A stretch of 64,000 nt of DNA from Eledone cirrhosa. Its lineage: Eukaryota. The DNA is taken from the NCBI GenBank assembly GCA_964016885.1, contig OZ024743.1, positions 275,156,001-275,220,000 of the forward strand, given 5' to 3'. Shown piece by piece: positions 12,615-25,636 of the stretch; position 1 is the first letter of the stretch; the number at the start of each line of letters is the position of its first letter. The translations under genes and the position numbers were made by a program. A model generated the notes under the pieces. The model had not been told where the DNA came from, searched no databases, and saw only the letters and a list, made by a program, of their open reading frames with translations.

Positions 12615-12767
12615 ATATACACACATTTACACACATCCCCTTACTATATTTCTTTATTTTTATTTTTTATACATTTCTTGTATTATTACTTTTATTTATT
12701 TTTTGCCCGTTAAACTTTTAGCCTTTCTTGAGGAGATTTTTCAAATATTTCACTATGTTTAAATTGG

Positions 12768-12833
12768 CTTGTCTGACGAACGAATGCGGACGTTTCTTGT
12801 ATCCGTCTTATTCGGGAAACCTCTGGTAATGAG
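12768..12833 (+). ncRNA. Type I hammerhead ribozyme
   Basis: Stem I CTTGT/ATGAG; CTGACGA; stem II CGAAT-GCGGA...TCCGT-ATTCG; GAAA; stem III CC tct GG; GTA cleavage triplet. Confidence 0.75.
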
Positions 12834-12951
12834 GTAATTATATTGTATTGTTTATTATACATTAAATATTTAGCTCTGTAACTTACATAGAGCCCTCTTC
12901 ATTCCTCTGACTTTTTCAACGGAAACTTCAACACTTATATATATATATATA

Positions 12952-13048
12952 TAATGAAAGATTGAAGAATGACATGGTCGGTTGTACAAAAAGGGTTTTA
13001 TTTCTTTTTGTACAACCGACCATGTTATTCTTCAATCTTTCACTATTA
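12952..13048. repeat. Short palindrome at (TA)n
   Basis: TGAAAGATTGAAGAATGACATGGTCGGTTGTACAAAAAG and its reverse complement about 10 bp apart; right arm continues to ~13208. Confidence 0.75.
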
Positions 13049-13204
13049 TTACTCCAAGAATAACCTGCATAGAAATTCTCGCGAACTCGTTACCTAACTA
13101 TGGAAACCTCTTGTTAAGTCAAACAACGCCGTACGTTAGAACTATCCACAATACAGAGTAATCACAACCTCTAACTGGATGACCTATAACGATAACTTGT
13201 TATT

Positions 13205-13249
<45 letters not shown>

Positions 13250-13662
13250 AGACTCACTTTATATAACAAACTTATATGTAAAAAACATTAACTATTTAAG
13301 GAGGAAAGCAATTGAGAACTTGAAATGCATTTTTTTTTTTTTAATTAAGAATAAATAAACAAAGGAACAAGCAAATAACCATAAGGCTATATATATATCG
13401 TGAGCCCCTTTTTTCAAGTAAAAAGAAATTCAAACACTCATATATGAAAAAACAATCTGTGACAATCCCCCCCCCCCCCCCCTCTTATTTGAAGAACTAT
13501 TGTAACGCGAACTGGCGCGAAATTTATTATAATTATTGACCAACCAATCAAATTACTTCTCGAAAAACCTGGCATTTCGAACCACTTTTTCCATATAAAA
13601 CAAGTAACATTCAGAGACCAACCAGATGTGAGAAAAACCACAGACCCTCCATCTCATCTCTA

Positions 13663-13698
13663 CTTTTGAAAAGCAGAAGAACTGCGAAACCGGTAAAG
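13663..13698 (+). ncRNA. Minimal type I hammerhead ribozyme, U3-A8 core variant
   Basis: CTT-TTGAAAA-GCAG aagaa CTGC-GAAA-CCGG-TA-AAG: stem I CTT/AAG, 4-bp stem II, palindromic ACCGGT stem III. Confidence 0.65.
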
Positions 13699-13829
13699 GA
13701 ACCAAATAAATATATATTTTTTTTTAAAAATAAGACTCCAGTTGCATTTTCGATTTCATCTCTTTTTCTTTATACTTTCACTCGTGTAGGACACCTCGGT
13801 TATTTTTCATTTTGTAAAAAAAACCTCAC

Positions 13830-13860
<31 letters not shown>

Positions 13861-13964
13861 CTTCAGTTTGTAGCAGATCACTGAGCATTGTTTCTTCAAC
13901 TTGATATCGCTCCTACAGATTTCCTTATTTCTTAATCTTAAGTGGGTCATGGTGTATCAATAGG

Positions 13965-14245
13965 GATTCTGACCTAGTGGTAAGGGTGTTGGACTTACGA
14001 TCATAATGTGTGGGTTCGATTCCTGAACTGGACTGTGTTGTATTCTTGAGCAAAACACTTCATTTCACGTTGCTCCAGTATATATTCAGCTGAAAGTCTA
14101 TACCAACAATAGCTGGAGGTTTAACCCTGCGATGGACTGGTGTCTTGTCTCAAGAGGAACTTTTGCGCACTTAGTCGCTTCATGCCACAAAAACCGAGAT
14201 AGGCACCGGCTTGATGAGCCCCCGGGCTCGAGACAGGCTTTACCT
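13965..14245 (+). mobile_element. SINE type 2
   Basis: A-box TGACCTAGTGG, B-box GGTTCGATTCC, TTGAGCAAAACACTTCATTTCACGTTGCTCCAG, CCTGCGATGGACTGG. Confidence 0.8.
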
Positions 14246-14289
14246 AAACAAAAGAACTGAAATTTGTTGGGAGAGCAATATTAGTTTTA

Positions 14290-14435
14290 TCAGCTCCAGT
14301 ATTTATTTTATCGACATTCGAAGGGTGAAAGGCAAAGTTAAGACTAGCGGGATTTGAACATAGAGCGTATAGTGCAGGAACATACAGCAAGGAATGTCCT
14401 TCGAAACCGTAACGATTCTGCCAATCCACCACCGT
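14290..14435 (-). mobile_element. SINE type 1
   Basis: Antisense TGAAAGGCAAAGTT...GCGGGATTTGAAC...CTGCCAATCCACC. Confidence 0.75.
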
Positions 14436-14578
14436 CTTATTAATAATAGTAATTTATAATAATAATAACCTGAAACGACCAGCTATATATCACAAACTGG
14501 ATTACGATTATCATAGATAACATCATAATAGACGACAGGTCGACTGGTGATGTACGCTATACAAACCCTGAGTGTGTG

Positions 14579-14751
<173 letters not shown>

Positions 14752-14834
14752 TTATATACATATTTATATATATATGTATATATATACACATATTTATATA
14801 CATATTTATATATATATGTATATATATATATACA

Positions 14835-14907
<73 letters not shown>

Positions 14908-14973
14908 AAATATATATATACATATATATATACATATACATATACATATATATATGTGTGTGTGTGTGTATAG

Positions 14974-15049
<76 letters not shown>

Positions 15050-15464
15050 ATACGAATTCTGTCGACAAAGTAACTGACTTTATTTCTTTCCCTGTGATGT
15101 AATGAAGTTATGGAGACAAAAGTATGCAGAGGGGCGCGACATACATTTATGCACATGTGTGGTCTTGGCGAGCTTGGATGCGTCAATCGCTGTCAGGCAG
15201 CCAGCGAGTGATATACTGTACTTACTTCTCGTCACATTTTAATTTCGATCCATATTTCTAAGAAGGATCCTGAATTCCTGAATACTGTAATAATTGGAGA
15301 TTAGATTTAGATATACTGGTACGACCCAGAAACTAAATCTCAGTCATCCCAGTGAAAGCATCTAACGTTCCAAAAGCCACCCCCACAAAAAACACGTTAG
15401 AGAGAGCCATTCTAAAAGAAATATTCCAAACATACTTCGAAGGTAGACTTCGAAGGTATACATA

Positions 15465-15869
15465 TATGTATGTACGTATACATACATACTTACATTTAAG
15501 TAAGTGCCGTACTAAGAGTGAGAAATGAAATTTCGTTTCATTCTATTACAACTTATCGTTTTCGGTACGCCTGGCCGACTGAACTCACTCGATATGCAAA
15601 TTAGGCTGCTCAGCCGTTAATTTTCATAAGGAAAGTATATACTTTCGAACGTTCAACCATCTGGCAGAAGGGTATACGGTGCTGATGATAGCTAAGAAGC
15701 TTGAAACTAGTACATCGTTCCTGTGTCAGTGTTGAACAAAAAGGTGACGTGGTTGCCTTAACACCGTACGGCATAACATTCAGGCTGTCCGTTTGTTTAC
15801 AAACGGACAAAGCGGGCGTTATAATAAACGTCCGCTAAACTGATACGTACATATATATATGTGTACCTG

Positions 15870-15907
<38 letters not shown>

Positions 15908-16040
15908 TATATATATATATGCATGCTACTGTGCGTCTGTATACATATATGTATGTACGTATACATACATACTTACATTTAAGTAAGTGCCGTACTAAGA
16001 GTGAGAAATGAAATTTCGTTTCATTCTATTACAACTTATA
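15465..16040 (+). mobile_element. Partial tandem element (483-bp period) carrying a hammerhead
   Basis: About 90-bp direct repeat ACTTACATTTAAGTAAGTGCCG...ACAACTTAT at 15488 and 15971; related copy at 46420-46480. Confidence 0.65.
15676..15718 (+). ncRNA. Minimal type I hammerhead ribozyme
   Basis: ACGGTG-CTGATGA-tAGCT aaga AGCTt-GAAA-CTAG-TA-CATCGT; all three stems pair. Confidence 0.85.
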
Positions 16041-16522
16041 TATATATATATATTTATATATATATGCACTTATATATATAGTTCAAGATTAAAAAAGACA
16101 ACAGAGATGCAATTACACAAATTCTTATTAGTTTTTCACGCTTGTTGGAAAAGGAATTTCTGGGTGTATCGGACGTTAGTCTTTCATCGGGAAAAAGTAA
16201 ACTTAAGAGAAAATGAATGCTGGAAAGTTGAAGGAAAAAAAGTGTTTTTCAGAATGCGTAACGTTGTGATAGTGATATATGTATGTGTATACATATATAT
16301 ATATATATGTATGATGACATAGTAAATAAGTTGGAGAATAATTATCATAAAAGACATTAGAGCAAATGACAGGTCATGAATTATATATGATGTACCGTAT
16401 AATAAAAAGGAAAAAAAAAAAAAAAATATTTTATAGAAAGACATTGTAAATAAGTGAAAACAAAAACAAGAAACACACGAGCTCTTCACATGGTATATAA
16501 AATATATACAATAATACAAATA

Positions 16523-16608
<86 letters not shown>

Positions 16609-16891
16609 CACACACACAGAGACACAAATAAATGAATACCAAATAGAAAATACGATGTCTAAACAAAAACGCAAATAAATATATATTTTTTTAATACAAG
16701 TATGATCACATTCTAATGACATAAACCAGTAAAAGAATAATAACGTAAACAAATATGTTATACAAATATTTTTGAGAATCTGTAGAAGACATTCTCTATT
16801 GTCACAAAAACAGAGGATGGGAAAAAATCAATGATTTGGGGACGTTATTGTCCTTTTTTCTATATTATTATTCTTGTTGTTGTTGTTGTTG

Positions 16892-16947
<56 letters not shown>

Positions 16948-17049
16948 TTGTCATTTCTTCTGTGAATATAGCCAGCCCTTGTTATACAAGTAAAATGTTG
17001 CCCCAACCTCCACTTTACTCATTCCTGCATTTCCCCTTTACATACCTCA

Positions 17050-18770
17050 GCACCACCAACCACTACCACCACCATCCCACCCTCATCGTCGCCTCTGTTG
17101 TCGCCGCAACGACCACCACCATTGTGGTCACTGTCACCGCCACCATCAACAGCACAACCAACAACAACAATAACAACAGCAACAACGGCAACCACAAAAT
17201 GAAAACACCACGGCCACTACCACTATAACCATCAGCATCACCACCACTGGCACTACCACCCACCCACCATTGGTTCTACCGCTACTGGCATCACTTCTAG
17301 CATCATCTCCACGACCACCAATATCAACAGAACCACCACTATTGCCACCACCACCGCCGCCATCACTACCGCCACCATCAACAACAACGCCACGACCGTC
17401 AACACCACCACCATCAACAAGGCCATCACCGTCACCACAACCACCACCAACAACAACTCCACCACCACCACCACCATCACTACCACCAACATCAACAACA
17501 ACGCCACCACCGTCACCACAACCTACTATAATAACAACGCCACCACCACCAACACCACCACCGTCAGCACCATCAACAAGACCACTACCGTCACCGCAAC
17601 CACCACCAACAACAACAACGCCACCACCAACAGCAACGTCACCACCGTCACCACCACCAGCAACAACAACAACGCCACCACCAACAGCAACGTCACCACC
17701 GTCACCACCACCAGCAACAACAACAACGCCACCACCAACAGCAACGTCACCACCGTCACCACCACCAGCAACAACAACGCCACCACCGTCACCACCACCA
17801 GCAACAACAACGTCACCACCGTCACCACCACCAACAACAACAACGCCACCACCGTCACCACCACCAACAACAACAACAACGTCACCACCACCAACAACAA
17901 CAACGTCACCACCGTCACCACCACCAACAACAACAACGCCACCACCGTCACCACCACCACCAACAACAACAACGTCACCACCACCAACAACAACAACGCC
18001 ACCACCGTCACCACCACCAACAACAACAACGTCACCACCACCAACAATAACAACGCCACCACCGTCACCACCACCAACAACAACAACGCCACCACCGTCA
18101 CCACCACCAACAACAACAACGTCACCACCGTCACCAACAACAACGCCACCACCGTCACCACCACCAACAACAACAACGCCACCACCGTCACCACCACCAA
18201 CAACAACAACGTCACCACCGTCACCACCACCAATAACAACAACGCCACCACCGTCACCACCACCAACAACAACAACGTCACCACCGTCACCACCACCAAT
18301 AACAACAACGCCACCACCGTCACCACCACCACCAACAACAACAACGTCACCACCACCAACAACAACAACGCCACCACCGTCACCACCACCAACAACAACA
18401 ACGCCACCACCGTCACCACCACCAGCAACAACAACGCCACCACCGTCACCACCGTCACCAACAACAACGCCACCACTGTCACCACCACCAACAACAACAA
18501 CGCCACCACCGTCACCACCAACAACAACAACGCCACCACCGTCACCACCACCAACAACAACAACGTCACCACCGTCACCACCACCAATAACAACAACGCC
18601 ACCACCGTCACCACCACCACCAACAACAACAACGTCACCACCGTCACCACCACCAACAACAACAACGTCACCACCGTCACCACCACCAGCAACAACAACG
18701 TCACCACCGTCACCACTGTCACTACCGCCGCCACCACAAACGCTATGATCATCATCATCATCATCATCAC
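17050..18770. repeat. ACC/AAC/GTC triplet-based minisatellite
   Basis: Units such as CCACCACCGTCACCACCACCAACAACAACAACG; open in several frames on both strands. Confidence 0.85.
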
Positions 18771-18914
18771 CTTTAGTTGAGACAGCTAAAATGTCGTTCC
18801 CGGAGAGAACTAAAGAGATTTTATCGATCACAGGAGACGGGATTGGAATCATGGCGTTGAGATGACAAATTCCAAACCCAATCCGGAAGGGAAAAGAAAA
18901 AAAACAATTTGTCA

Positions 18915-19740
18915 TTTCCCTTTTTCCTTGTCTTTCTTCCTTCCTCTCTTTCTTTCTTTATTTATTTATTTATTTCTGTCTTTCTTTCTTCATTTATTTA
19001 ATTGTTTATTTTTATAGCTTTTTTTTCTTTTTTTCTCTCCCTCTCTTTCTTTCTCGCCCTCTCTTTCTTTCCCTCCCTCTCTTTCTCTCCCTCTCCTTTT
19101 GTATCTCCCTCTTTTTCTCCCTCTCCCTCTCTTTCTCCCTCTCCCTCTTTTTCTCCCTCTCCCTCTCTTTCTCCCCCTCCCTCTCGTTCTCCCTCTCCCT
19201 CTCTTTCTGTCTCTCCCTCTCTTTCTGTCTCTGCCTATCTTTGCTTCTCTCCCTCTCCTTTTGTCTCTTCCTTACGTTCTCCCTCTCCCTCACTTTCTGT
19301 CACTCCCTCTCTCTTTTTTTTCTCCCTCTTTTCCTCTCCCCTTCTTTCTTTCTCTTCCAATCTTCTTTCTCTCCCTCTCTTTCTCTCTATATTTCTTCTC
19401 TTTCTTTCTTTTCCTTGCTTTCTTTCTCTTCCTCTCTTTCTTTTTTTCTCTTTCTTTTTCGTACTCCCTTTCTTTCATTTTTTTCTTTCTTCATTTCTTT
19501 CTTTATTTCTTCCTTTCTTTCTTTCCGCCATGTATTCATTCAATTTTCTCCCCGTCCTCCACCCACCGACCCTTAGACTCATTAAGTTATTCATACATTT
19601 TCCATCATTCCATTCTTACTTTCTTTCCACTTCACTTTTCATCGTTTTTTCCTTCCTCCTTTCTATCTATCTATCATTCTAACTTTCTTTCCTTCACTCA
19701 TTTTCATTTCTTTCTATTTTCTGTATTTCTATATTCCTAT
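18915..19740. repeat. Polypyrimidine (CT-rich) low-complexity tract with about 18-bp units
   Basis: CTCTTTCTCCCTCTCCCT-type repeats. Confidence 0.8.
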
Positions 19741-19744
19741 CTAT

Positions 19745-22470
19745 GTAGATAAAGTAGAAGAGGCACTTAGGAGTGGCAACGTAGCCAGCGTGCTAGCGAT
19801 GAGAACGGCCTTGGACCAGTCCTTCGACGCAAAGCATGAGGGCTGCGTTGTCAGAAGCAAAATACGTGCTCTGGGAAACGAGGGAGCCAAAGCTGTTAGG
19901 TGGGCCCGAGTGACGGAGGCGAAAAGTGGCAACAAGTCCACGATTCGGTCTTTGAAGGACCAAGACGGACGCGTGATACGTGAGCCGAAGCAGATGTGCG
20001 CGGCCTTTCAGTGGCACTTTGCTCAACTGTTCGGGCAGGGTGGCGCGCCGAGAGGGGCTATGGATTTCGGTCCATACCTCGACGGCCTACCGCGACTCTC
20101 GTACAGCGAGGCGAAATTTTGCGAAAGGCCGATTTCGGCCGCTGAGATAGGGGACGAGCTGAGCCAATGCGGCAAACGCAAATCTCTAGGTCTCGACGGT
20201 CTATCCTACGAATTTTACGTAGCAATGCCGGACTTGTTCTCCGGTCTCCTGGAAGCGGTCTACTGCAACTGGCAGCAGAACGGGAGAATTCCCAGTTCTG
20301 TGACCAAGGGCGTAGTCAGGTTAGTCAGGAAGGACGAGAATAAGGGGGATGACATAGGCAACTTCCGACCCATAACTAAACACAGAGTTACAGATTTTGG
20401 ACAAGGTGTTGGCAAAGAGGCTGGCGCTTGTCGTCGAAAACCTGGTGGGAGAAGCGCAGACATGCGCAATCCCGACCAGGTCCATACACGACAACCTCCA
20501 CCTCATGCGATACATCATAGAGAGGGTAGGGTGTAAACCCGGCTTCGGTGGGGCCCTGATCAACTTGGATCAGTCTAAGGCTTTCGATAGGGTTGACCAT
20601 CGCTACATGGATGCGGTGCTGAAGGCGGCAGGCTTCGGACCCGTGTTCAGGGGCTGAATTGCTGCAATGCACAGCAGCAACATCTGCTCAAGGGTCAAGG
20701 TGAACGGCTACTTCTCGGAGCTGTTCCATATCTATCACGCGATCCATCCGACAGGGATGCCCTCTCTCCTCCCTTCTGTACGTACTGACTCTCGAGCTAC
20801 TACTGCGGAAGTTGGAGCTATTGCAGGGCATCCCTTTGGAACCGGGACTGCGAAAAGCGGCGTCGGCCTACGCCGACGACGTGACAGTAATGGAGTCGAG
20901 CACCTCGCAAATCGGGGAGGTCGGCACCTTACTGGAGGAATACGAAAGGTTCACAGGAACGAAGCTGAACCGGGACAAATCCGTCGGTTTGCAACTCGGG
21001 ACGTGGAGAGGCAAACCGATGCCTTCCGATGGCGTTGTCGGACGCTGGACGGAAGGACCGGTAAAACTGCTCGGGGTCTGGTTTGGTCCGAACCCCCAGG
21101 TGGAGAAGAACTGTAACGAGGTGACGGCCAATGTGTTTGCGCTCACCCAAAAGTGGGCCGAGTGCAAACTATCCTTGAAAGGCCGAGCGGAGGTGGCGAA
21201 CACTTTTATAGCGTCCGTCATCTACTATCGCTTGACCGTCGTGCCTTGTCCAGCCAAAACGCTCACCAAAATGAGCGCGCGCTCTTCCAATTCCTTTGGA
21301 AGAAACGGGCTCTTTTGGTGAGAAGATCCATCTGCTGCCAACACCCTTCAAACGGAGGGCTGGAGATGCCGTGGCTGACGATGCGCAAACACGCGTTCAG
21401 GCTGCGGCACCTCCACGTATTCCTCACCGGACAACCGGTGTGGGCTCTGTTTGTGAGGCGAGCCTTCCCACGACTCGTCTCGCTGACCGAGCTGCAGTCC
21501 TGGGTCAAGCAAAGACCGAGGAAAATGGGCGACTGGCACATCGAATGTGCTCAGGCGCTCACAGCCCTCTGGCAAACGGACCCGGCGATCAGTGGAGACT
21601 CCACTTCGACATTCTATAGAGGGTTGGTCCGCAGCAAGTGCGGAGAAACTCTAGGCGTAGAGGAGGACGAACTGGCCAGTCTTTTCGGTAGGACCTTCCG
21701 CCCGGGACCAATGGACAACTTCCAAAAGTCCCTGGCCTGGCAGTGCTACCGAGGAGCTCTACCAGTTCGAGACAAACTCTACAGACACGGGCGCCCGAGC
21801 AGGGACCCTTCGAAAAAGATCTGTCCGAGATGCGTGCGCGACGAGGAAACCGTCGCGCACGTATTTGTACACTGTCCGGGCGTTACCGACCTGTGGGGCT
21901 ATTTAGAACGACTAATGTCGCGGGTGGGGCCAATCCAGTTGACCACCGAGTCCATTGTCATGATCAAACCGCCACCCTCTTTCAAAAACGAGGGAGAGGC
22001 GGTTTTCCTATGTGTTATGGCTATGGTGAAAGAGGTTATATGGTGGACGGGGTTAAAAGGGCTGAGGTCAGACACCTTTCTCTCCGGCGAGCAACTGATT
22101 CGTTTTTTCAAATATCATTTTGGAAGAAGAATCATGATGGAGAGAGAGGTGCTGTACCCCAGCAAATTTTATAAAAGGTGGGTGAATGTGGCAAAGATGG
22201 CCCGAGTGGTTGGGCCATCTCTCTATATAAGCCTGTAGGTTGAGGAAAAAGAGGAAGAGAGGAAGGGAGTACTCTCTCTTGGTGCTCCTGGAGATGAGGG
22301 TTGTACATTTTTTCGGGGTGTATACAACCCCTGTGTAACGCCTCCCCCTATTGGGGATTTCAATTGTTATTTGTTATTTTATTAATAGTTTTATTTTCAT
22401 ATACCTGTATGTAAACTCCCCATTTGTATTTGTCCCCTTCTTTTGTGCCCTTGTGGCTAATAAAGAATTT
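19745..22470 (+). mobile_element. 5'-truncated L1/Tx1-clade LINE (ORF2 RT plus zinc finger, frameshifted) with 3' UTR
   Basis: Across frames: GLDGLSYEFY, NFRPIT, QTCAIPTRSIHDNL, LDQSKAFDRVDH, QGCPLSPLLY, AYADDV, CPRC..EETVAHVFVHC; stop at 22238; AATAAA at 22459; flanked by CTAT repeats; at least 3 frameshifts and one in-frame stop. Confidence 0.92.
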
Positions 22471-22534
22471 TATCTATCTATCTAACTATCTATCTATCTA
22501 TTTATCTATCTATTCTATCTATCTATTTATCTAT

Positions 22535-22611
<77 letters not shown>

Positions 22612-22612
<1 letters not shown>

Positions 22613-22676
22613 TTCTTTATTTGCCACAAGGGCGCACAAGAAAAGGGGACAATACAAAGACACATGCCGGGGATTT

Positions 22677-22678
<2 letters not shown>
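22612..22678 (-). mobile_element. Related L1/Tx1 extreme 3' end within (GATA)n
   Basis: Reverse complement TTTGTATTGTCCCCTTTTCTTGTGCGCCCTTGTGGCAAATAAAGAAAT resembles 22423-22470. Confidence 0.75.
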
Positions 22679-22751
<73 letters not shown>

Positions 22752-23150
22752 CTTCCTACCTACCTACCTACATTTTTCCATTTTCTTTCTCACTTTCCTT
22801 CCTTCTTTCTTTCTTTCTCATTATCTAGCTTTCTTTTTCTTCTTTTTCCTTTCGTAGTTTGTTGGGCTTTTTTTTTTCTTTTGTCATTTCTGTCTGTAGC
22901 AGAAAAAAATGTCCGACACAGATTTATGTTAATCCAGTCAACGGTTTAAAATCAATATCAGGATTAAATAAAGATTTAAATTAAATCCTTGTTTATTTTT
23001 TCTTGTAGACAACTTCAAACCCACAATAACAACCATGAAGCCGACAGCAGACGCCACTACCGTCACCGCCGTCAGCAGCATCTACACTATGAACGACGAT
23101 AATGGCGGCGACAGCAGTGTAAATTACATAAATTTATTGAGTAGTTTGCA

Positions 23151-23171
<21 letters not shown>

Positions 23172-23184
<13 letters not shown>

Positions 23185-23362
23185 AACGAGTAGGACCCCG
23201 ACGGCTGAGCTCAAGCCGTTTCGCCGGCTAATTCTGGACCGTCGAAACGGCTGGAGCTCAGCCGTCGGGGTCCTACTCGTTCGTATTACCCACTCTACTA
23301 CCCTAAGTATTGAGTACTTTGGTGCGTTATGGTCCATCTGGTTCCTTACCACATTTCCTTCG

Positions 23363-23420
<58 letters not shown>

Positions 23421-23550
23421 AAAAGTATGAACCCGACGGCAGAGCTCAAGACGTTTCGACGGTTATTTCCTATTACCCACTCCACTACCCTAAGTGTTGA
23501 GTACTCTGGTGCGTTATGGTCCATCTGGTTCCTTACCACAACTCCTTCGT
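23172..23550. mobile_element. Two family A palindromic mini-elements (23172-23364, 23418-23550)
   Basis: Same arms and (TA)n flanks; second copy internally deleted. Confidence 0.85.
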
Positions 23551-23577
23551 TATATATATATATGTATGTATATATAT

Positions 23578-23735
23578 GGTAAAGGGTAAAGACCCCCTTC
23601 GGTCACATGTAACCATGGGGTTGATCTAGACACAAGTTCGGGGTAAGTTGTTTGAGGAAAAAAAGCAGTCGCCTATGCATACCAGCATCCCCTTCTCCTC
23701 GCCACCGATGATGTCCAAGGGATAAGCAATGGTGT
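23578..23735 (-). mobile_element. Probable RTE-related 5' fragment
   Basis: GGTAAAGACCCCCTTCGGTCA...GCAGTCGCCTATGCATACCAGC resembles a common cephalopod RTE-associated repeat; recognised from memory only. Confidence 0.35.
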
Positions 23736-23799
23736 ATATGTATATATATATATATTAGAATTAGGATGTCGAAGTATGCATGTCGCATAATATTCGATA

Positions 23800-24152
23800 T
23801 ATTTGCGGAAAAACATTTGAAAGCCTTTCGCTATGAATTTTAAAGGTGATAACTGACGTCATCTAACTTGTTCCAGACGGAAGCAACCGTCAGCGCTGTT
23901 TCTGACTTTTTCGCCGTTGTCAAAGACCCGGCCTAAAGCTCCGTATGCAAATGAGGCGAATCAACCCATGCACATAAGCTTATTTGAGTTTCAGTATGAG
24001 GCAAGGAAGGGGATACGTGCACCTTAACAAGCCAAACAGCCAGAAACAGCGCTGTCGGTTGTTTTCCTTTGCTTCTGCTGAAAAAGGGTCGATGTTATCA
24101 GACATCACCTTTAAAATGCATAGCTAAAGGCTTACAAATGTTTATTCGTAAA
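23800..24152. mobile_element. Foldback MITE with long imperfect TIRs
   Basis: AAACATTTGAAAGCCTTTCGCTATGAATTTTAAAGGTGAT versus ATCACCTTTAAAATGCATAGCTAAAGGCTTACAAATGTTT; inner CAGCGCTGTTTCTG / CAGAAACAGCGCTG. Confidence 0.7.
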
Positions 24153-24625
24153 CACACACGCATACACACACACACACACATACACATACACACACACACA
24201 CATACACACACACATACACACACAAACGCATACACACACATATATATATATATATATGTACCTCTGTGTGTGAAAGAGAACGTTTGTTGTGTGTGTATAT
24301 GTGTCTGCGTGGGTCTGTGTGCATGTGTGTGAGAGTGTGTGTATGCGTGTGCGTATATATGGATAGAAACCTGGATCAGATTTTGTTATAGGATATATCT
24401 CCCACGCTTACGTATAATGATCTGTAACCCGCTAAAGGGGTTTCCGTCTTGAAGTAATAATTAAAGTGTTTGCCCATTCACCATATTCGTAAATTTATTG
24501 AGTACATTGGTAAACTTTGCACGAATCACACACATGCCCCCCTAACCCCGTTTAATGTTTTTTTTTAAGCTCCGTTTCTTCTTACTCTCCGCAATATTTC
24601 TATTACTTGTTTTATTTCTAATTCT

Positions 24626-24665
24626 ATCTTCTGATGAGGGACTAATATCCGAAATGTTAAGACTC
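24626..24665 (+). ncRNA. Minimal hammerhead motif (slightly degenerate)
   Basis: CTGATGA-gGGA ctaata TCC-GAAA-TGTTAAG; related remnants at ~4104, ~25417, ~35660 (minus) and ~63004. Confidence 0.55.
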
Positions 24666-25125
24666 CTTTCTTAATATATTAAGCGTTAAACAAATATCTT
24701 CATTATACTGTGTCGTTTCACAGTGTTGTTTTCTATTTACTTTTCGCATACATACATACACACATACATACATATATACCTGTGTGTGTGTGTGGATGAG
24801 ATAAAGAGAGAGAGAATGTGCGTATATATAATATATATGTATAGAAAGAGATATTTGGATCAGCCGAGGCTATAAGAGTTCTCTCCCATGCTTGTTTTTC
24901 ACGATTTGAACCCCTGAACAGCCTTAAAGAGAGGTTCGATCACGAAATTGCGAAGGAAGTCTCAGTTGAGACTCTGTGTGTACGTATACAAATGTATATG
25001 ATGGCTGCAACTCGATTTCGAGTAATGCTATATATATATAAGATTTTGATTTTTTTCTCTAATATCTAGAATATGAAGTAGACATTACAAATGAGAAGAG
25101 CACCCCGCCTCTGCACCTGTGCGTG

Positions 25126-25235
<110 letters not shown>

Positions 25236-25564
25236 GACGTGTATATATGTGTTTGCATGTGTATAACCTTCAGTTTGCTTTTCCTTCTGTTGTTTACTTG
25301 TCTCACTCGCTTTACGCGTTTCACTTGTCCCAATAGCTTATTTTAGTTATTCCTCGCACCAACCTGAGGTATCTGATTTTTAATGCGATGAAATACCAAT
25401 GATGGTTGGCAAATCACTGATGAGGGACTAATTTTATAATATGTAATCCATGTGCAACCTTGTTTTTCATATATATATATATATACACACACAACGCGTA
25501 TAGTTGAAGCCATGTGTGTATATAGTATATATATATATGTGTGTGTGCGTATGTGCATATATAA

Positions 25565-25636
<72 letters not shown>

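Noticed and set aside
15226-15284. Minus-strand micro-exon with good acceptor (CTAAT...TACAG) and GTAAGT donor
   Set aside because: Stops in all three frames and no partner exons; at most non-coding.
17146-18915. Extensin/mucin-like (SPPP/TTT) or Gly/Val-rich protein gene
   Set aside because: Triplet minisatellite open in multiple frames on both strands, with no convincing start, signal peptide or splice context. It cannot be fully excluded without RNA data.
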